A DNA stretch of 64,000 bases from Felis catus (lineage: Eukaryota): NCBI RefSeq assembly GCF_018350175.1, contig NC_058368.1, forward strand, positions 39,372,001 through 39,436,000, in the 5' to 3' direction. A program made the position numbers and the translations under genes. The notes beneath the pieces are model-generated. The model had not been told where the DNA came from, made no database searches, and saw only the letters and a list, made by a program, of their open reading frames with translations. Below are positions 21,730 through 34,272 of the stretch, piece after piece. Numbering within the stretch: position 1 is the first letter of the stretch; each line of letters starts with the position of its first letter.

Positions 21730-23780
21730 TTAAATGAGTTTCTGTGTGGAAAAACAATGAGATGGGAGTGAAATGAAAGGCAGAATTTCGAGGCCTAGAC
21801 ATATAGACAATGCTTATGAGGTTAATGATTAAAAATAACCATTTCTGGTGTCACAGCGCTAGTCACAGCCCTCGTCCTGCACAAAGCACATGCACAAAAA
21901 ATCAGTCTTTAAAATGAAAGCTACTTATCAACGGATTTCCATGGACTAGCAATCCAAGGAGTCCTATTCCATCCACAGCGTTATGTACGTGGCAGACATC
22001 TTACAAGGGCAGCAGTGGTTCCAACAAAATTAAAGAAGTGCTGTTAAAAATCACAGCATTTTAGGGGCACCACTCAGTCGGTTAAACATCCAACTTTAAT
22101 TTTGGCTCAGGTCATGATCTCATGGTTTGGGACTTCGAGCCCTCCCCCCCACCCCCACTTCAGTCCCTGCACTGACTGCAGAGCCTGCTTAGGTTTCTCT
22201 CTCTCTCCCTGTCTCTCTGCTCCTCCCCATTCGCTTGCGCGCTCTCTCTCTCTCTCTGAAAATAAATAAATAAACTTAAGCAAAAGCATAGCATTTTACA
22301 AAAGCTTTTGTTTCAAAAGAGGAACATTTAGTGAAAAGGCTCAAATAACAAAATTTGTCAATACAGAACTTAGCTGCTAGAAGAGGAAAAGTCACACAGC
22401 TAGTGGGAACCTCATAATTCTAACATGTAAAATTATAGCGAATAAATGCTGAAGCATGATGCAAAATGAGAAACTGAAAAGTTTCCACTCACAAACGGTA
22501 TTTTACATCAGTGTGTTGAGGACATGTCACCTGAGGCAGAAGAGTTTTCATGTAATAAACTGAAAACAAAGTCTGTTCGATGCAGGTTGATGAGTCCATA
22601 GATTTCACCAGTCAATGCCATGCTGTAATATTTGTCAGATTTGTAAGTGCTGGTGAAATTCAATGCAGCATTGTGTCCCACAAATAATGCCTGAAACAAG
22701 GAAGTACCAAAATATATTTACTTCCTATCTGGAAACAAAATGTCTACATTAGAATTACTGTTTGTATCAATGAGAATGTTTGAGGTTTTGCTTCCCTTTT
22801 AAGAAAAGAAATTCCTGACTTTATTGTAATTTACTGCTCTTTTCACAGTGAGATGCTGTGTCAAAAATTCTTGTAGTCGGAAAGAAATAGTTCTAGATAA
22901 TGCCAAAAAAAACGGATCTGTATTTAAAATATTCCACCCAAGAACGTTAAAAAAGAAAACTGTGAAAACCTGATAAAGAGAAACCTAAGTTGCTTGCTAC
23001 ATGTAGACTTCAGTGGTTGATCAGAGGAAGAGGCTTCAAGAAGGTGTTTTCAGTTGAAACATGACTTCGAGGAGTAATTTTACAAAAATGGTAAGCCATA
23101 TTTTCCAGAGTGCTTTCAAGATGAAGAATAGCTGGAAAACTTGCCTTAATTAGCAGATAATTTATATCACTTAAACTATTTGTAGAAGTCGCTGTGATGC
23201 CCTAGAGAAATGTTTTTATTTCAAGTGACAAGATTCTTGAATTTGAAAAGGAAAGGATATTTGGAAAAATTATCTTGTAGACTTAAATCTTAATATGTTT
23301 CCACTGATGCTTAGGCTTGTGAGTACAAAAGGATATCAGCAAGCCTCAAATTGTATTGAGAATTGTCTGGAAGAACTGAAGAACAAGATAGAACAGTATT
23401 TTCCCACTCTTTTAACACAAGTGCAAGATTAGATTAAAAAAGAAAGCCTTTCTCAGAGTCTTCTGCTTGGGAATTTTCCTCAGGGAGGAGAGGGATAAGT
23501 TTGTGAGATATAAACTAATTGTACACTAAAGATTGTACACTGATCTTTCCCCTAGGTAAAATAAAGATTTCTATTAAAAAGGGAATTCTGCCATTCATAA
23601 AAAAAGCAAAAAAAAAAAAAAAATTCCAGCTTTTACATTTGTGAGCTACATTTTTCTTCTTTATCAGGTACCAAGAGGAAGAATTGAAATAATCTCATTT
23701 TAACTGAAAATGAAAATATTTGTGTTTATCTAAGCCAAGACTCAGAATCAACTGTTAGATGCCAAAAACAAGTTTCTATG
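21730..23780 (+). pseudogene. Decayed hAT (Charlie/Buster-type) transposase of an autonomous DNA transposon, Charlie2-like
   Basis: Collinear motifs across frameshifts: NESYLS (21913), KRKSHTASGNLIILTCKII (22381), MQVDESIDFTSQCHAVIFVRFV (22580), IYCSFHSEML (22829), QWLIRGR (23011), FYICELHFSSLSGTKRKN*NNL (23631). Confidence 0.85.
22064..22281 (+). mobile_element. Can-SINE inserted in the Charlie transposase
   Basis: TSD AAAA[T/G]CA[C/T]AGCATTTTA at 22047-22063 and 22282-22298. Confidence 0.93.
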
Positions 23781-23801
23781 AAAGAAGGAAATTTCATTCT
23801 T

Positions 23802-24007
23802 TTTTATTGTCTTATTAATTTTTTTATTAATTATGTTTTGGGAGAGAGAGAGAGCAGGGGAGAGGGCAGAAGGGGAGAGAGAATCTCAAGCAGGCTCCAC
23901 ACTCAGCACAGAGCCCCGATATGGGTTGGATCTCACAACTATGAGATCATGACCTGAGCTGAAATCAAGAGTTGGACATTTAATCAGTTGAGTCATCTAG
24001 GTGCCCC
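23802..24007 (-). mobile_element. Can-SINE
   Basis: TSD AGGAAATTTCATTCTT at 23786-23801 and 24008-24023. Confidence 0.95.
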
Positions 24008-24255
24008 AGGAAATTTCATTCTTAATATTTGGTTACAAAAATAACATTTTTGTACATGTGTAGGCATCCTGAAAATCCCAAATAACCAATGCATTTTCAA
24101 CTGTGTGTCATATTAATTTGTAGTTTTACCATGAGGGAAACAACATGGAAAACAATCCTACCTGAGGTAAAATTCTGGAGTTGGGCAGATCTTGTTTATC
24201 TCTATAATAATAGGTAATGTCAGAAATATTTATTAATATCACAATAAGATTTCTT

Positions 24256-24457
24256 TTTTTTTCAAGTTTATTTATTTTGAGAGAGAAAGAAAGCAAGTGA
24301 GCACATGAGCTTGAGCAGGGGAAGGGCAGAGGGAGAGGGAGAGAGATAATGCCAAGCAGGCCTCACACTCTGAACTAGAACTCAGAAATTGTGAGATCGT
24401 GACCTGAGCCAAAATTAAGAGTTGGACATTTAAAGGACTGACCCATGCAGGCACCCC
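24256..24457 (-). mobile_element. Can-SINE
   Basis: TSD ATCACAATAAG[A/G]TTTCTT at 24238-24255 and 24458-24475. Confidence 0.95.
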
Positions 24458-25577
24458 ATCACAATAAGGTTTCTTACTTATTTGTTGAATAGAAGATCCT
24501 TGAACAAAATTAATTTTAGTAGCATTAATATCAAGTATCTCCATTATATGAATTTTTCAAGGGTTGGCATTGGTGGTACATCCGATAGTTCTTTAAATTT
24601 GCTGCCCTAACAATGGCTTGTGAAAGATAAATGATAGGTGATGAAGTTTCCTAGTAAAGCACAGACCAAGGCCGTTATTATTATCAATAAAGGGAATATA
24701 ATAGGAAATGTTAAAAGTATAAAGCTATAAATCACAGAGATGAAAAATAATACAAAAAGAATAAAATATCCTATTGACAATGCAACAATTAGGGTTTTTA
24801 GGCATCTAGGAGAGTCTTGCTTCCTTTTCTGATTTGAGTCAGCCAACAATATCTGAGCATTGTCTACTCTTGGAGATTTGTTGAAGAGCTTTGGTTTAAT
24901 ATCTTTTAATAGGAATAATTATCAAATTCTTCTCCTTTGAAAATGGTTGATATTTTTGTTGGAAAAGATTTATTGAGAGATCGGTTCCTTTTCATTTTAC
25001 TTCTGTACAGTAACATCAGGAGTACCTGATAAGTTCTCTTTTAATGATGTTATACTTTTACTGCCATGTTTTCTAGAACACAAAATTACCCAGTTTTAGT
25101 TTATGTAGAGGTGGATTGATTGGACAGTAAGAATATGCAGTCTGTAGTTATTGATGATAAAATGGAAAGTTCTGAGTATTCTTATAATGTTCAGCTAAAA
25201 AAATGTTCAGTTTGTATGAATGAAATATTTCTTGTGGACTGTGGGAAATTTCTCCCTAAGACACAGTCTATGACTTCCTGAGAAGGGAAAGTACATTAGG
25301 GATTAAGTTAGAAGGGTTGGCCACAAGGGTTGCAGGAAGCCTGTTAGTTTAAATACATTTAATTATAGTGTTTTTTTAATTTGTTTAATTTTGGAAAGAT
25401 TGTAAATGATGAGGCCAGTCTTTTACTAATTTATTATATGTGATTTTAAATTCATAAGCTTTATCTAGAAAATTTTCTTTTTTCTGTTCAGCCTTTCCTA
25501 ATTTGGCAGGTAGGTTCTTATGAAGTTGAACATACTCCACCATACATCTCCCCACTTGTACCCAGCTCAGCAATGTG

Positions 25578-25753
25578 AGTAATTAACAGGGAAAGGGCAT
25601 GAGGGAAAATTTTTAAGTAATGGTGTCTGTTTTATTGTGGTAATGAATACATTAGTATTCACAAGAATGTATGCACTTTTCCAATGCATAGAATTTACAC
25701 TTAACCAAATTTATTATATAGAAACTATATAGCAATAAAGTTTACTTTATAAA
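25578..25753 (+). mobile_element. Old L1 (L1ME/MC) 3' end
   Basis: GGGAAAGGGCATGAGGGAA...TTGTGGTAATG...TTTACACTTAA...CAATAAAG. Confidence 0.6.
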
Positions 25754-26149
25754 ATGACATTTTGAGAACCAAATCTTCTTTTTTACTTTTTCACTTTTTC
25801 CAGTGATCAGTAAAATATTGAAACTGAGAGTGCAGAAGCAGGCATATTCTAGTTTAAGCTAATTTGTGCTCAGGATATTTCTCTTGATCGTTAGAATCTT
25901 TCAACTTGGAACCTGGTATTAAACATTAGGGAAAAAAATGATGTCATTTTTGCTAGGCTAGCTTCATTATTTTAAAGTGATTCGTATTATAAAATGGTAA
26001 TTGTTGTCAAAACATGCTGGTAGAGGGAGAATTTTAATATGCCATCTATAAATTTTTAGCTCAAAAAAATGTTCAACTTTTTTGAGAGGGATCTTCTTTT
26101 AATGTTTAGAAACCTTTTGGTTACTTATGAATTAAACTACTTCTGTTAA

Positions 26150-26410
26150 TTCTTTCTTTCATTCATATATTCAGCAGATACTTTGTAAGTCTTTAAGCAG
26201 ACATGAGACTTGTACTTAGGAAGCAGAAACTCTAATGGGAGACAGATATTAAATTAATGATGTTATAATTAAAATTTGTGATGAATGCTGATAAAGGAAA
26301 AAATGAAGTGCTAAGGGAACGTATTATAGAAATTTTCAATATAAGAAACTGTGCTAAAGAAGTGACTTTTAAGCTAAGCCACAAATAATATGTATGGATG
26401 CATAAACTGC
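26150..26410 (-). mobile_element. L2 3' fragment
   Basis: TTCATTCATATATTCAGCAGATACTT, TCTAATGGGAGACAGAT, GTGATGAATGCT, AAGAAGTGACTTTTAAGCTAAG. Confidence 0.6.
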
Positions 26411-27206
26411 TTTTTATATGCATTATGAACTAAAAAATGTGTCCATTTTGCCAAAAGCTGACTTCTTTTGAGAATAGCACATGCTGAATGTTTAAATAAT
26501 TTGTATCTATTCTTATTTGAATAGGCATTTTTTACATTTCACTGAATTTTAAGATGGCTTCAAATGGCTTTTTGGCTGAATTATACTTACTTGCATGCAC
26601 AGAGACCATAGCTAGGGCAATTTATGGAAGTGGATGACGCCAGAATGCTATTTTACAACCTCATTTTGAAAAACAGATATTATAATGGCATTTTGGAAAT
26701 TTATCATTTTATATCAGTGGTAATACTGTATTATTAAACACATTTAAAAATCAAATTAATGAACTCAAATAACAACATGTTTTATGCATGCATTGTATCA
26801 ATGTCTTATATAAAATCATAATATATTTTAATAGAAGCTTTTTGTAAATATGTAAAACAGTTCATCTTGGTATGACAATATTCTGGCTGGCTTGTTTCAG
26901 TATTATCTTTAGGTAAATCTTTGGAAAGAGAAGCACCAGATTTTGTATTACTTTGTGATATCACAATCATATAGTCATTCAATTATAAAATTATCCTCAT
27001 GACATACATAATGTATGGAGGGTAAAGTCAAGGCCAACAAATGTTTCATCAGAGATTGGGGTTATGATAAGACTATGATCACGATAAGGACTTTTTTATA
27101 ATCCTTTCTTTCTGATTTTAGGAGAACATACAGTAAATTACAAGCAAACAAATTCTAAACCAAAATGTTAATATTTCATTACGTTTTAAAAAGTAAACTC
27201 TTCCCT

Positions 27207-27417
27207 GGGGCACTTGGCTGACTCAGTCATTTAAGCTACTGACTTTTGATTTCAGCTCAGGTCATGATCTCAGGGTTTGTGGGTTCCAGCCCTGCATCAG
27301 GCTCTGCACTGACAGTGTGGAACCTGCTTGGGACACTGTGTCTCCCTCTCTCTTTGCTCCTACTCTGCTCATGCACATGCTCTCTCTCTCTCTCAAAAAT
27401 AAATAAATAAACTTAAA
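27207..27417 (+). mobile_element. Can-SINE
   Basis: TSD AAAAAGTAAA[C/G]TCTTCCCT at 27188-27206 and 27418-27436. Confidence 0.95.
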
Positions 27418-29658
27418 AAAAAGTAAAGTCTTCCCTTCAAACAAAGGAAATTAAAATAATAAAAGTCTAAACTTACGTTTGCATTATAGTTAGGGTTTGT
27501 GTGTAGTGTAGAATGTTTCAGAATAATAATCATAACACACATATTTATTATTTTACAAGCAAATATCAGATACTAATATTAATCATATTGAACTGTAGTT
27601 GTTAATTTTCTAATCTTCATCTAGAATTTGTGTTCCTTAAATTCAGGGCCCTTTGTCTATCATAGTGTCGGCCACAAAGTAAATGATAGGTAAATGTTTG
27701 TTTCTTCAAGTTTTTCTTTTTTTTTTTTCCTAACGAATTCTTTGGAGGCTCATACTGACTAGCAAATATGTTTCTGAAGAATTACATTTAAATTTTAATA
27801 AAGAAATAATGTGAATCAATATTTTAGTCATTAGACATCAGAATAAATTCTGTGACTACTCTTGGGAAAGAGAGGCAAAGATAATGAAATTGTAATTTCA
27901 AAACAAAATGAAATAAAGATGTTTTAATATATCAACATTCAATTTTCATCCACATCATGTGCCTCATCATTAGCCAAGCAATACCAAAATAACATGCAAA
28001 ACCTTCCACATTTCATGCTATCTCCCATTGATTTTTCTCTAATCTGATGAATAGATTAATTTAAATTAATTTCATTGGAATGAAAATATAGGAAAGCTGA
28101 AGGTAAGAACTGTGGGATTGTTTCAAGTCTTCAACCACTGTTAAAGAAAAAAGAGATTGAGAAAACATATTTGAAGAAAATATTTTGTAAATTGTCATAA
28201 ATTAAATCATTATTTCTTCATTTCCTTCTTCATAAAGTTTTAAATTTCATAATATGGTATTAAAAAATACAAATTCTTAACAGACAGAACTATATCTATA
28301 TCCTTTAGCAAATGATGCAGTATTTCCAGATCTCTGTTACCATAGATTTATCTTAACATTATGTGCCTTAGCTTAGGTCCTTTTCTTTTTGTGCCTCTAG
28401 TGGATACAAAAATGGAGAGGTGTCAATTATAGGCTTTCTCAGAGGACATATTGTGTAGGGACAGATTCGGTGTCTGAGAGAAAATACGCATTGCCTTCGA
28501 TCCTGCTTCTCCAAACGTAAGGTATTGAAAGCCCCATAGTAACTTTCGTCATAGGTTTTTCTCATAGGAACCCTTCTCCCCTTGTTTATATCTCACACTC
28601 CCATGATCTCCTCTTTTTTCCTACTTTCAATTCATGTATATAGACATTTTGAAATTTCCTGAAACTTTTTTTCCCTGATAAATACAGGGTTATGTATCCA
28701 GAAAAACATAGCAAACAAGTAGAAAGATAAGAAATTACAATTTTTTTAATCATGTCTAACACAAAATAATTAGAATATAATTGGAACATAAGTTGAATTT
28801 GATGCTATCTCTGTTAGCGCTCATGTTCCATCAATTATACCTGTTATACACACTCCTCTTAAGGATACCCTATCCAAAGTCTCACACACCCATTTTATTC
28901 TTAATGAGAGTCTGGGGAAAGTCAAATTAATTCATGTTTGTATAACCATTGCAAACTGTCATTATTTTGAGTATCTTTTCTTCTTCACCCAGGGAAGCCA
29001 TAACATTGTGTTTGTTTGTGTAGAAACAAGAATAGAGTTGTTCCAAATAAGACATCTTGTTTTGCTAAGATGGATAATTATTAATTCCAGTGTTTCCTCA
29101 TTCTCTAGCTGTTTGACTTTTTTTTTTACTGTGTAAGAACATTTCTTAACCTTTATATTCTTACCTTATTTTTCTAAGGATATGTTGATCATTAGATATT
29201 AATAAAGAAATGCCATAATTACACCTTATAAAATGGCAAATTTTGACCTATATAAAACTTTTAGAGTATAATGAGGAGTTACCAAATTTATGCCATAAGT
29301 TTGTTCTGTTATCAGTTTCTCTGGATAAGTTGTTTATTCAGTAGAAAGCAAGCACCTAAGGGACAAGAACTAGATCTATTGTCCTTCTTTTTATGTATAT
29401 AAATAACAAATCATGGTGACAGGCATCTCATGGGGGAGTCCGTCTGAAGCACTTGCTAATCATTTTTACACAAAACTTTTGCTGCTTAATTTATTCAGTT
29501 CATTGTCAAGAGAGATGAGGAAAGAGGGTCTTAATCTCTTTTTAAATGTAATGTAACACATCAGAATAACTTCTGTTGCCCATTTTATAAGTATCTGATA
29601 AAATGTATGTTGCATAGAGGTATATTCTTCTTTGCTCTCAGGGTAAATGTCCTTGAAT

Positions 29659-29661
<3 letters not shown>

Positions 29662-29697
<36 letters not shown>
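29662..29697. repeat. (AC)18 microsatellite
   Basis: Seen directly. Confidence 0.97.
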
Positions 29698-29700
<3 letters not shown>

Positions 29701-29930
29701 CACTCACATAAACAAACACACATGCATTATCTAGTAAGTATGGAGTAACCCACCCTCTGAAATTATATTTATCAAAAAATGCCAGTGGTTGTCTTCATAA
29801 TGTGGAAGATTCTGAATAGTGTCAGTTAGACAAAGATTCACACCTCCACCAAATCGTATCCATCATACTTGGAAATGAAACTAGGTATTATATATGAGTG
29901 GTACAACATAATTTTTTTAAAGTTTAACTG

Positions 29931-30601
29931 CATGTTGTTTCTTGTGTCTTTGATTTTAGCCATTCTGACAGGAGTGACATGGTATCTCACTGGGTTTGAT
30001 TTGCATTTCCCTGATGATGAGAGATGTTGAGCATCTTTTCATGTATCTGTTGGACATCTATATGTGGGGGATAGGTGAAATGGGTAAAGGGATTAAGAGT
30101 ACACTTGTCTTATGGTAAGCGAAATAAGTCCATCAGAGAAAGACATATCATATGATGTTACTCGTATGTGGAATTTGAGAAACTCAACGCATGAACATAA
30201 GGGAAGGGAAGGAAAAGTAAGATAAAAACAGAAAGGGAGGCAAACCATAAGAGACTCTTAAATACAGAGAACAAACTGAGGGTTCCTGGAGGGGTGGGGG
30301 GTGGGGGATTGGGTTAAATAGGTGATGGGCATAATGGAGGGCAGTCTTCAGGACGAGCACTGGGTCTCATATTGTAAGAGATGAATCACTGGCTTCTACT
30401 CTTGACGCCAAGACTACCCTGTATGTTAACTACCTTGAATTTAGAGTAAAGTAATAAAAAAGAGTACTTTTCTTGATGAACGCTGAGTAATATATGGAAT
30501 TGTTGAATTATTATATTGTACACCTGAAACTAATATAACACTGTATGTTAACTACACTGGAATTAAAATAAATTTTGAAAAAATTTAAAAAGGTAAAAAT
30601 A
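29931..30601 (+). mobile_element. 5'-inverted, truncated carnivore L1 with a nested younger L1 3' end
   Basis: Antisense ORF2 piece 29935-30065, then sense 3' UTR 30066-30601; TSD TAAAGTTTAACTG at 29918-29930 and 30602-30614. Confidence 0.85.
30112..30459 (+). mobile_element. Feliform L1 3' end nested in an older L1 3' UTR
   Basis: AAGCGAAATAAGTCCATCAGAGAAAGAC...AACCATAAGAGACTCTTAAATACAGAGAACAAACTGAGGG; TSD AAGAGTACACTTGTCTT (30095-30111) and AAGAGTACTTTTCTT (30460-30474). Confidence 0.88.
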
Positions 30602-32129
30602 TAAAGTTTAACTGTGTGAACACAATGACTTCTATATAGATTTCTTCTCTTTTGTCAACCAGGTTGCTAAGGAGTTGGGCAGCTTTAAGTCTGCCAGAAG
30701 CACACCGTTTCTACCATGAAAGCTTGCTTTTATCTGTCTCAACCAGTTGATGCTATCCAGGGAATTCCCCAAATAAAATGGTTAATAGTAAGAACTAGTG
30801 TTTATCTGCATTGGACTTTGGAGGCAAGATGACCCATAATAATATGATATTTTACCAGATAATAGTGATATGATCTAGCGAAAGTTACTTATCCCAAATC
30901 CGACTTAGTTTCTATATGTGTAAATAGAAATGTTTTTAAGGGCTGTTTTATTGCATAATAAACAGTTTGCCTTTTATTAAAGAACCACTTACCCAATACC
31001 ATCACCAGAAAATACTTGAGTTCGTATAGGAAATTTAATTATTTAAAGGAAAGTTATATTTTTACCTTAAATTTGATACATATAATCATTATCCGACTAT
31101 TATGAAAATCTCCTTGTTGAAAATATGCTTGTTAGTCATAAAATTTCTCCTTTCTCTTTCTTATCATTATTATTTTTAAAGGTGGCATATGTTGATAAAA
31201 TATTTCAGTTTAAAAATTACTTTTGAATGTAAGATTTATTAATATAATGCATATTTACTATATACACTTTTTATGATAGTTTTCTTAGATTTTGTGCATA
31301 TAGGGAGAATAAGGTAGAAAAGATTTGTGCTCTGACAATAACACTGTACGTATTCAATAAGAACTTCTAAATGTGTAGTGGTGCATTAAAGCTATAGGTC
31401 ACATATGGAAAATAATTTACTGTCTTTGAACAGATTGCAGTCTTAATTGCATAATAGAATACAGATAGTGCAAAAAAGTTTAATTCTTTTGAATTAACTA
31501 TAACTGAATTTATTTTTATCACTGAGGTTGTGAATAAGGTAAGAAGAAAAAAATATGGTGCAGACACATAAGGAACACTTTTGTCTTTCACATGCAGGTT
31601 AAGCATGCTCACTCCTGTTGCTTTTAATATTTTACAGATTTTTAAACCATTTTTAGTTATTGCCATTCTACTTAGGGCTGTAAGCATATTTCAGGAATTA
31701 CATCTTACTGTGTTATCAATAGTGCATCTGAAATTTACTTCACTACAATTTGAAATTTCAAGAACAAATGTATTGTTACCCAGTTATTTTTCTTTAGGCT
31801 GAAGAAATAACATAGTTGGGCTTGAGTTTTAAACATTCATTATTTTTCATTTCTGTATTGGTAAACAATTAAAACTGATTAATATATAGTTAATATTTTG
31901 CTCTCATAAACACAAAGGAAGTATTTTAAACAAAGTTCTTTCTCAATTTGACTTGTTCTTTTAGTGTTCATTATGATAAATTTAGTACTTAGGAAAGAAT
32001 TTATAGATATACATTTATATTTACATATCAAGAATTATTGGCTAGAATCTTTTAAATTTAGGAATCATACTAGAGCTGGTTAAAAATTTCAAAAGATAGT
32101 GAATGGGATAATTAAATATGATTTAATAG

Positions 32130-32370
32130 ATAATATAGCCACTGGCTAGGAATTTAGTTTTTAATTCAGTCTTACCATGTATGACTGATGTGACCCTACT
32201 TGAACCTTTAATATTTGAATTTGGAAAATAGGTCACAGATAACCTCTAATTTGCTTGAACGTTGTAAAAATAAAAGCAGGGAATGTATAAAGCACTTAAC
32301 ACCTGGCACTTAACACTTAGCATATAACACCTATGCACTTAACACGGTCAGTACTCCATAAATTGAAAAT
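32130..32370 (+). mobile_element. MIR fossil with a tandemly amplified 3' segment
   Basis: MIR 3' motif ATGTATAAAGCACTTAACACCTGGCAC...AGTACTCCATAAAT. Confidence 0.6.
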
Positions 32371-33329
32371 TAACACCACATAATAATCGTTATTTTACTA
32401 AGTAATAATAATTGTATGTTCAAAGGCTTCCTCTTCAAAACAACTAAAATTAATTTAAACAAAGTTGATAAAAAGTTGCTCTTTGATAAAGATCCCAATT
32501 ATCCAAGAACCTTGATTTATATGTTTGTGCCATATCCTCTGCACATCATATACTTACTCCAAATATATGATTTCTTCCAAGTGAATACATACCCTCTCTT
32601 GATAAATTTGAACTGCCCTCATTTCACTTATGATAAAATGAGTTGTTTTTGCTGATCTAGGATTTAATTAAAATTTAATACTAAATTCTGAATACTAAAA
32701 TCACAATATACATTGGAAGATCAGAGTATCACTTTTTTTATTTGTAAATTTTTTTACTTCCTTCATTTTATGTAAATAGATATAGTTAAATTTTTCATAT
32801 CATTGGGTAAATAAATGAATTATGTTTTTTAGCTCTTGGTATTGTTAGCAATTTCCACCATGGTAAGTCAGATCTAAGTTCTAAATGATTTTGCTTGATT
32901 ATACAAATTTAAATAAAAATATGCAACTAATATATTATTGGCTGCATAATTTCTTGCTTTGAAGTGTTTCTTCTGAAAGTATATATTTGTGATAGATAAA
33001 ACTTACAAGTAGAAAACTTTTAAAAATACATAATTTGATTAAAAAATAATTAGCATTTTAGAAATGAAGCCAAAACATAAAACGGTGAATGTAAGTGATT
33101 GTAAAATAGAGAATTTTGTTCTGCTAAGTGAAAGCCACCTAAAAATGTCCTTTGTTACACTGAAAACTAATAAAATGGAAGATATAGAAGAAATACCATA
33201 AAGGGAGACATCAAGAAAGAGAAAAAGAAGAAAAAAAATCCAGTCAGATGGAGACAAAAATCAAAATTCCAAAGCACATGAAAAAATCTAATTTTAAAAA
33301 CACAGAAGAAGAAGAACCTAAATATAATA

Positions 33330-33496
33330 TTTTTTTTTGAGACAGAGAGAGAGCACTAGTGAGAAGGCAGAGAGAGAAGAGGAGAGGGAGTGTGGAGCCT
33401 GAAGTGGGGCTCGAGGTCACCCGATGCAGAGCTCAAATTCACCAACTGTGAGATCGTGACCTGAGCCAAAGTCAGATGCTTAACTGACTGCACCCC
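33330..33496 (-). mobile_element. Can-SINE (internally deleted)
   Basis: GAGATCGTGACCTGAGCCAAAGTCAGATGCTTAACTGACTG; TSD TAAATATAA(A)TATT on both sides. Confidence 0.9.
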
Positions 33497-34272
33497 TAAA
33501 TATAAATATTTAAGTTAAGTTTAGTGAAACTAACTGTATCAAAAAGTCTGACCAAGGTTTTACAATGGCATCTTTAGGAGGCTGTATTTGGGATGAAAAG
33601 TTAGCTGCCATTCCCTCACACTCCTCCTGTCTTTCCTGGGATAGGAAAAAGCAAAAAATTAAAGATCTGATCAAATATCATTAATAAAGATTAAATTTAA
33701 ATTAATGTTTTCAGCAGGATACAGTTGTTCTCTCCATGTTGTTTATAGTCTGTGAATCTAGGTGTTATGATTTACTGAAGCACCTTAAAACTACAATGGC
33801 ACCTGCATAAATATCAGAATATAAACTGGGGGTGTTTCATAACTGAATTAGCTTCCTTTATGTAAAGGATGTACCACCTGCATCAAAAACTTGACCGATG
33901 CATTTTAATGTAACAGGAAGGACCTGAGAAGTTGTCCCATAATTGTGTATATCCTTTAAATTATTAATAAAGTTGAATACTATGTAAGATTTCTGATTCT
34001 GGTGAGTGTGAGGCACTTATTTCAGTGATTAATAAAAGAATATCTTTCTTCACAATTAGCAGGATACTATAAAACAAAGATAAATACTCATGAAAAAAGA
34101 GGAATATTTGTTAGGTAAAAAAATTAGCAAGCTTGGAACGAAAAAAATAGAGCCTTGGAAATTAAAACTCCTTGAGGAGATAAACTCTTCCTTGGCTACA
34201 GCTGAAGAGAGAATTTGTGAGTTGTAAGATGATGCTCAGGTGTTCACAAATACCATAAGGTGAAGAGAAAAA

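Noticed and set aside
21730..23780. Possibility that the hAT transposase is a domesticated or active gene
   Set aside because: Multiple stops and frameshifts, an unrecognisable second catalytic Asp, and a SINE insertion.
30640..30720. Strong acceptor followed by VAKELGSFKSARSTPFLP*
   Set aside because: No recognisable protein, no convincing partner donor or upstream exon.
32292..32345. Short repeat with variable ends, superficially CRISPR-like
   Set aside because: The intervening bases are only 3-4 nt, the DNA is mammalian and MIR-derived, and there are no cas genes.
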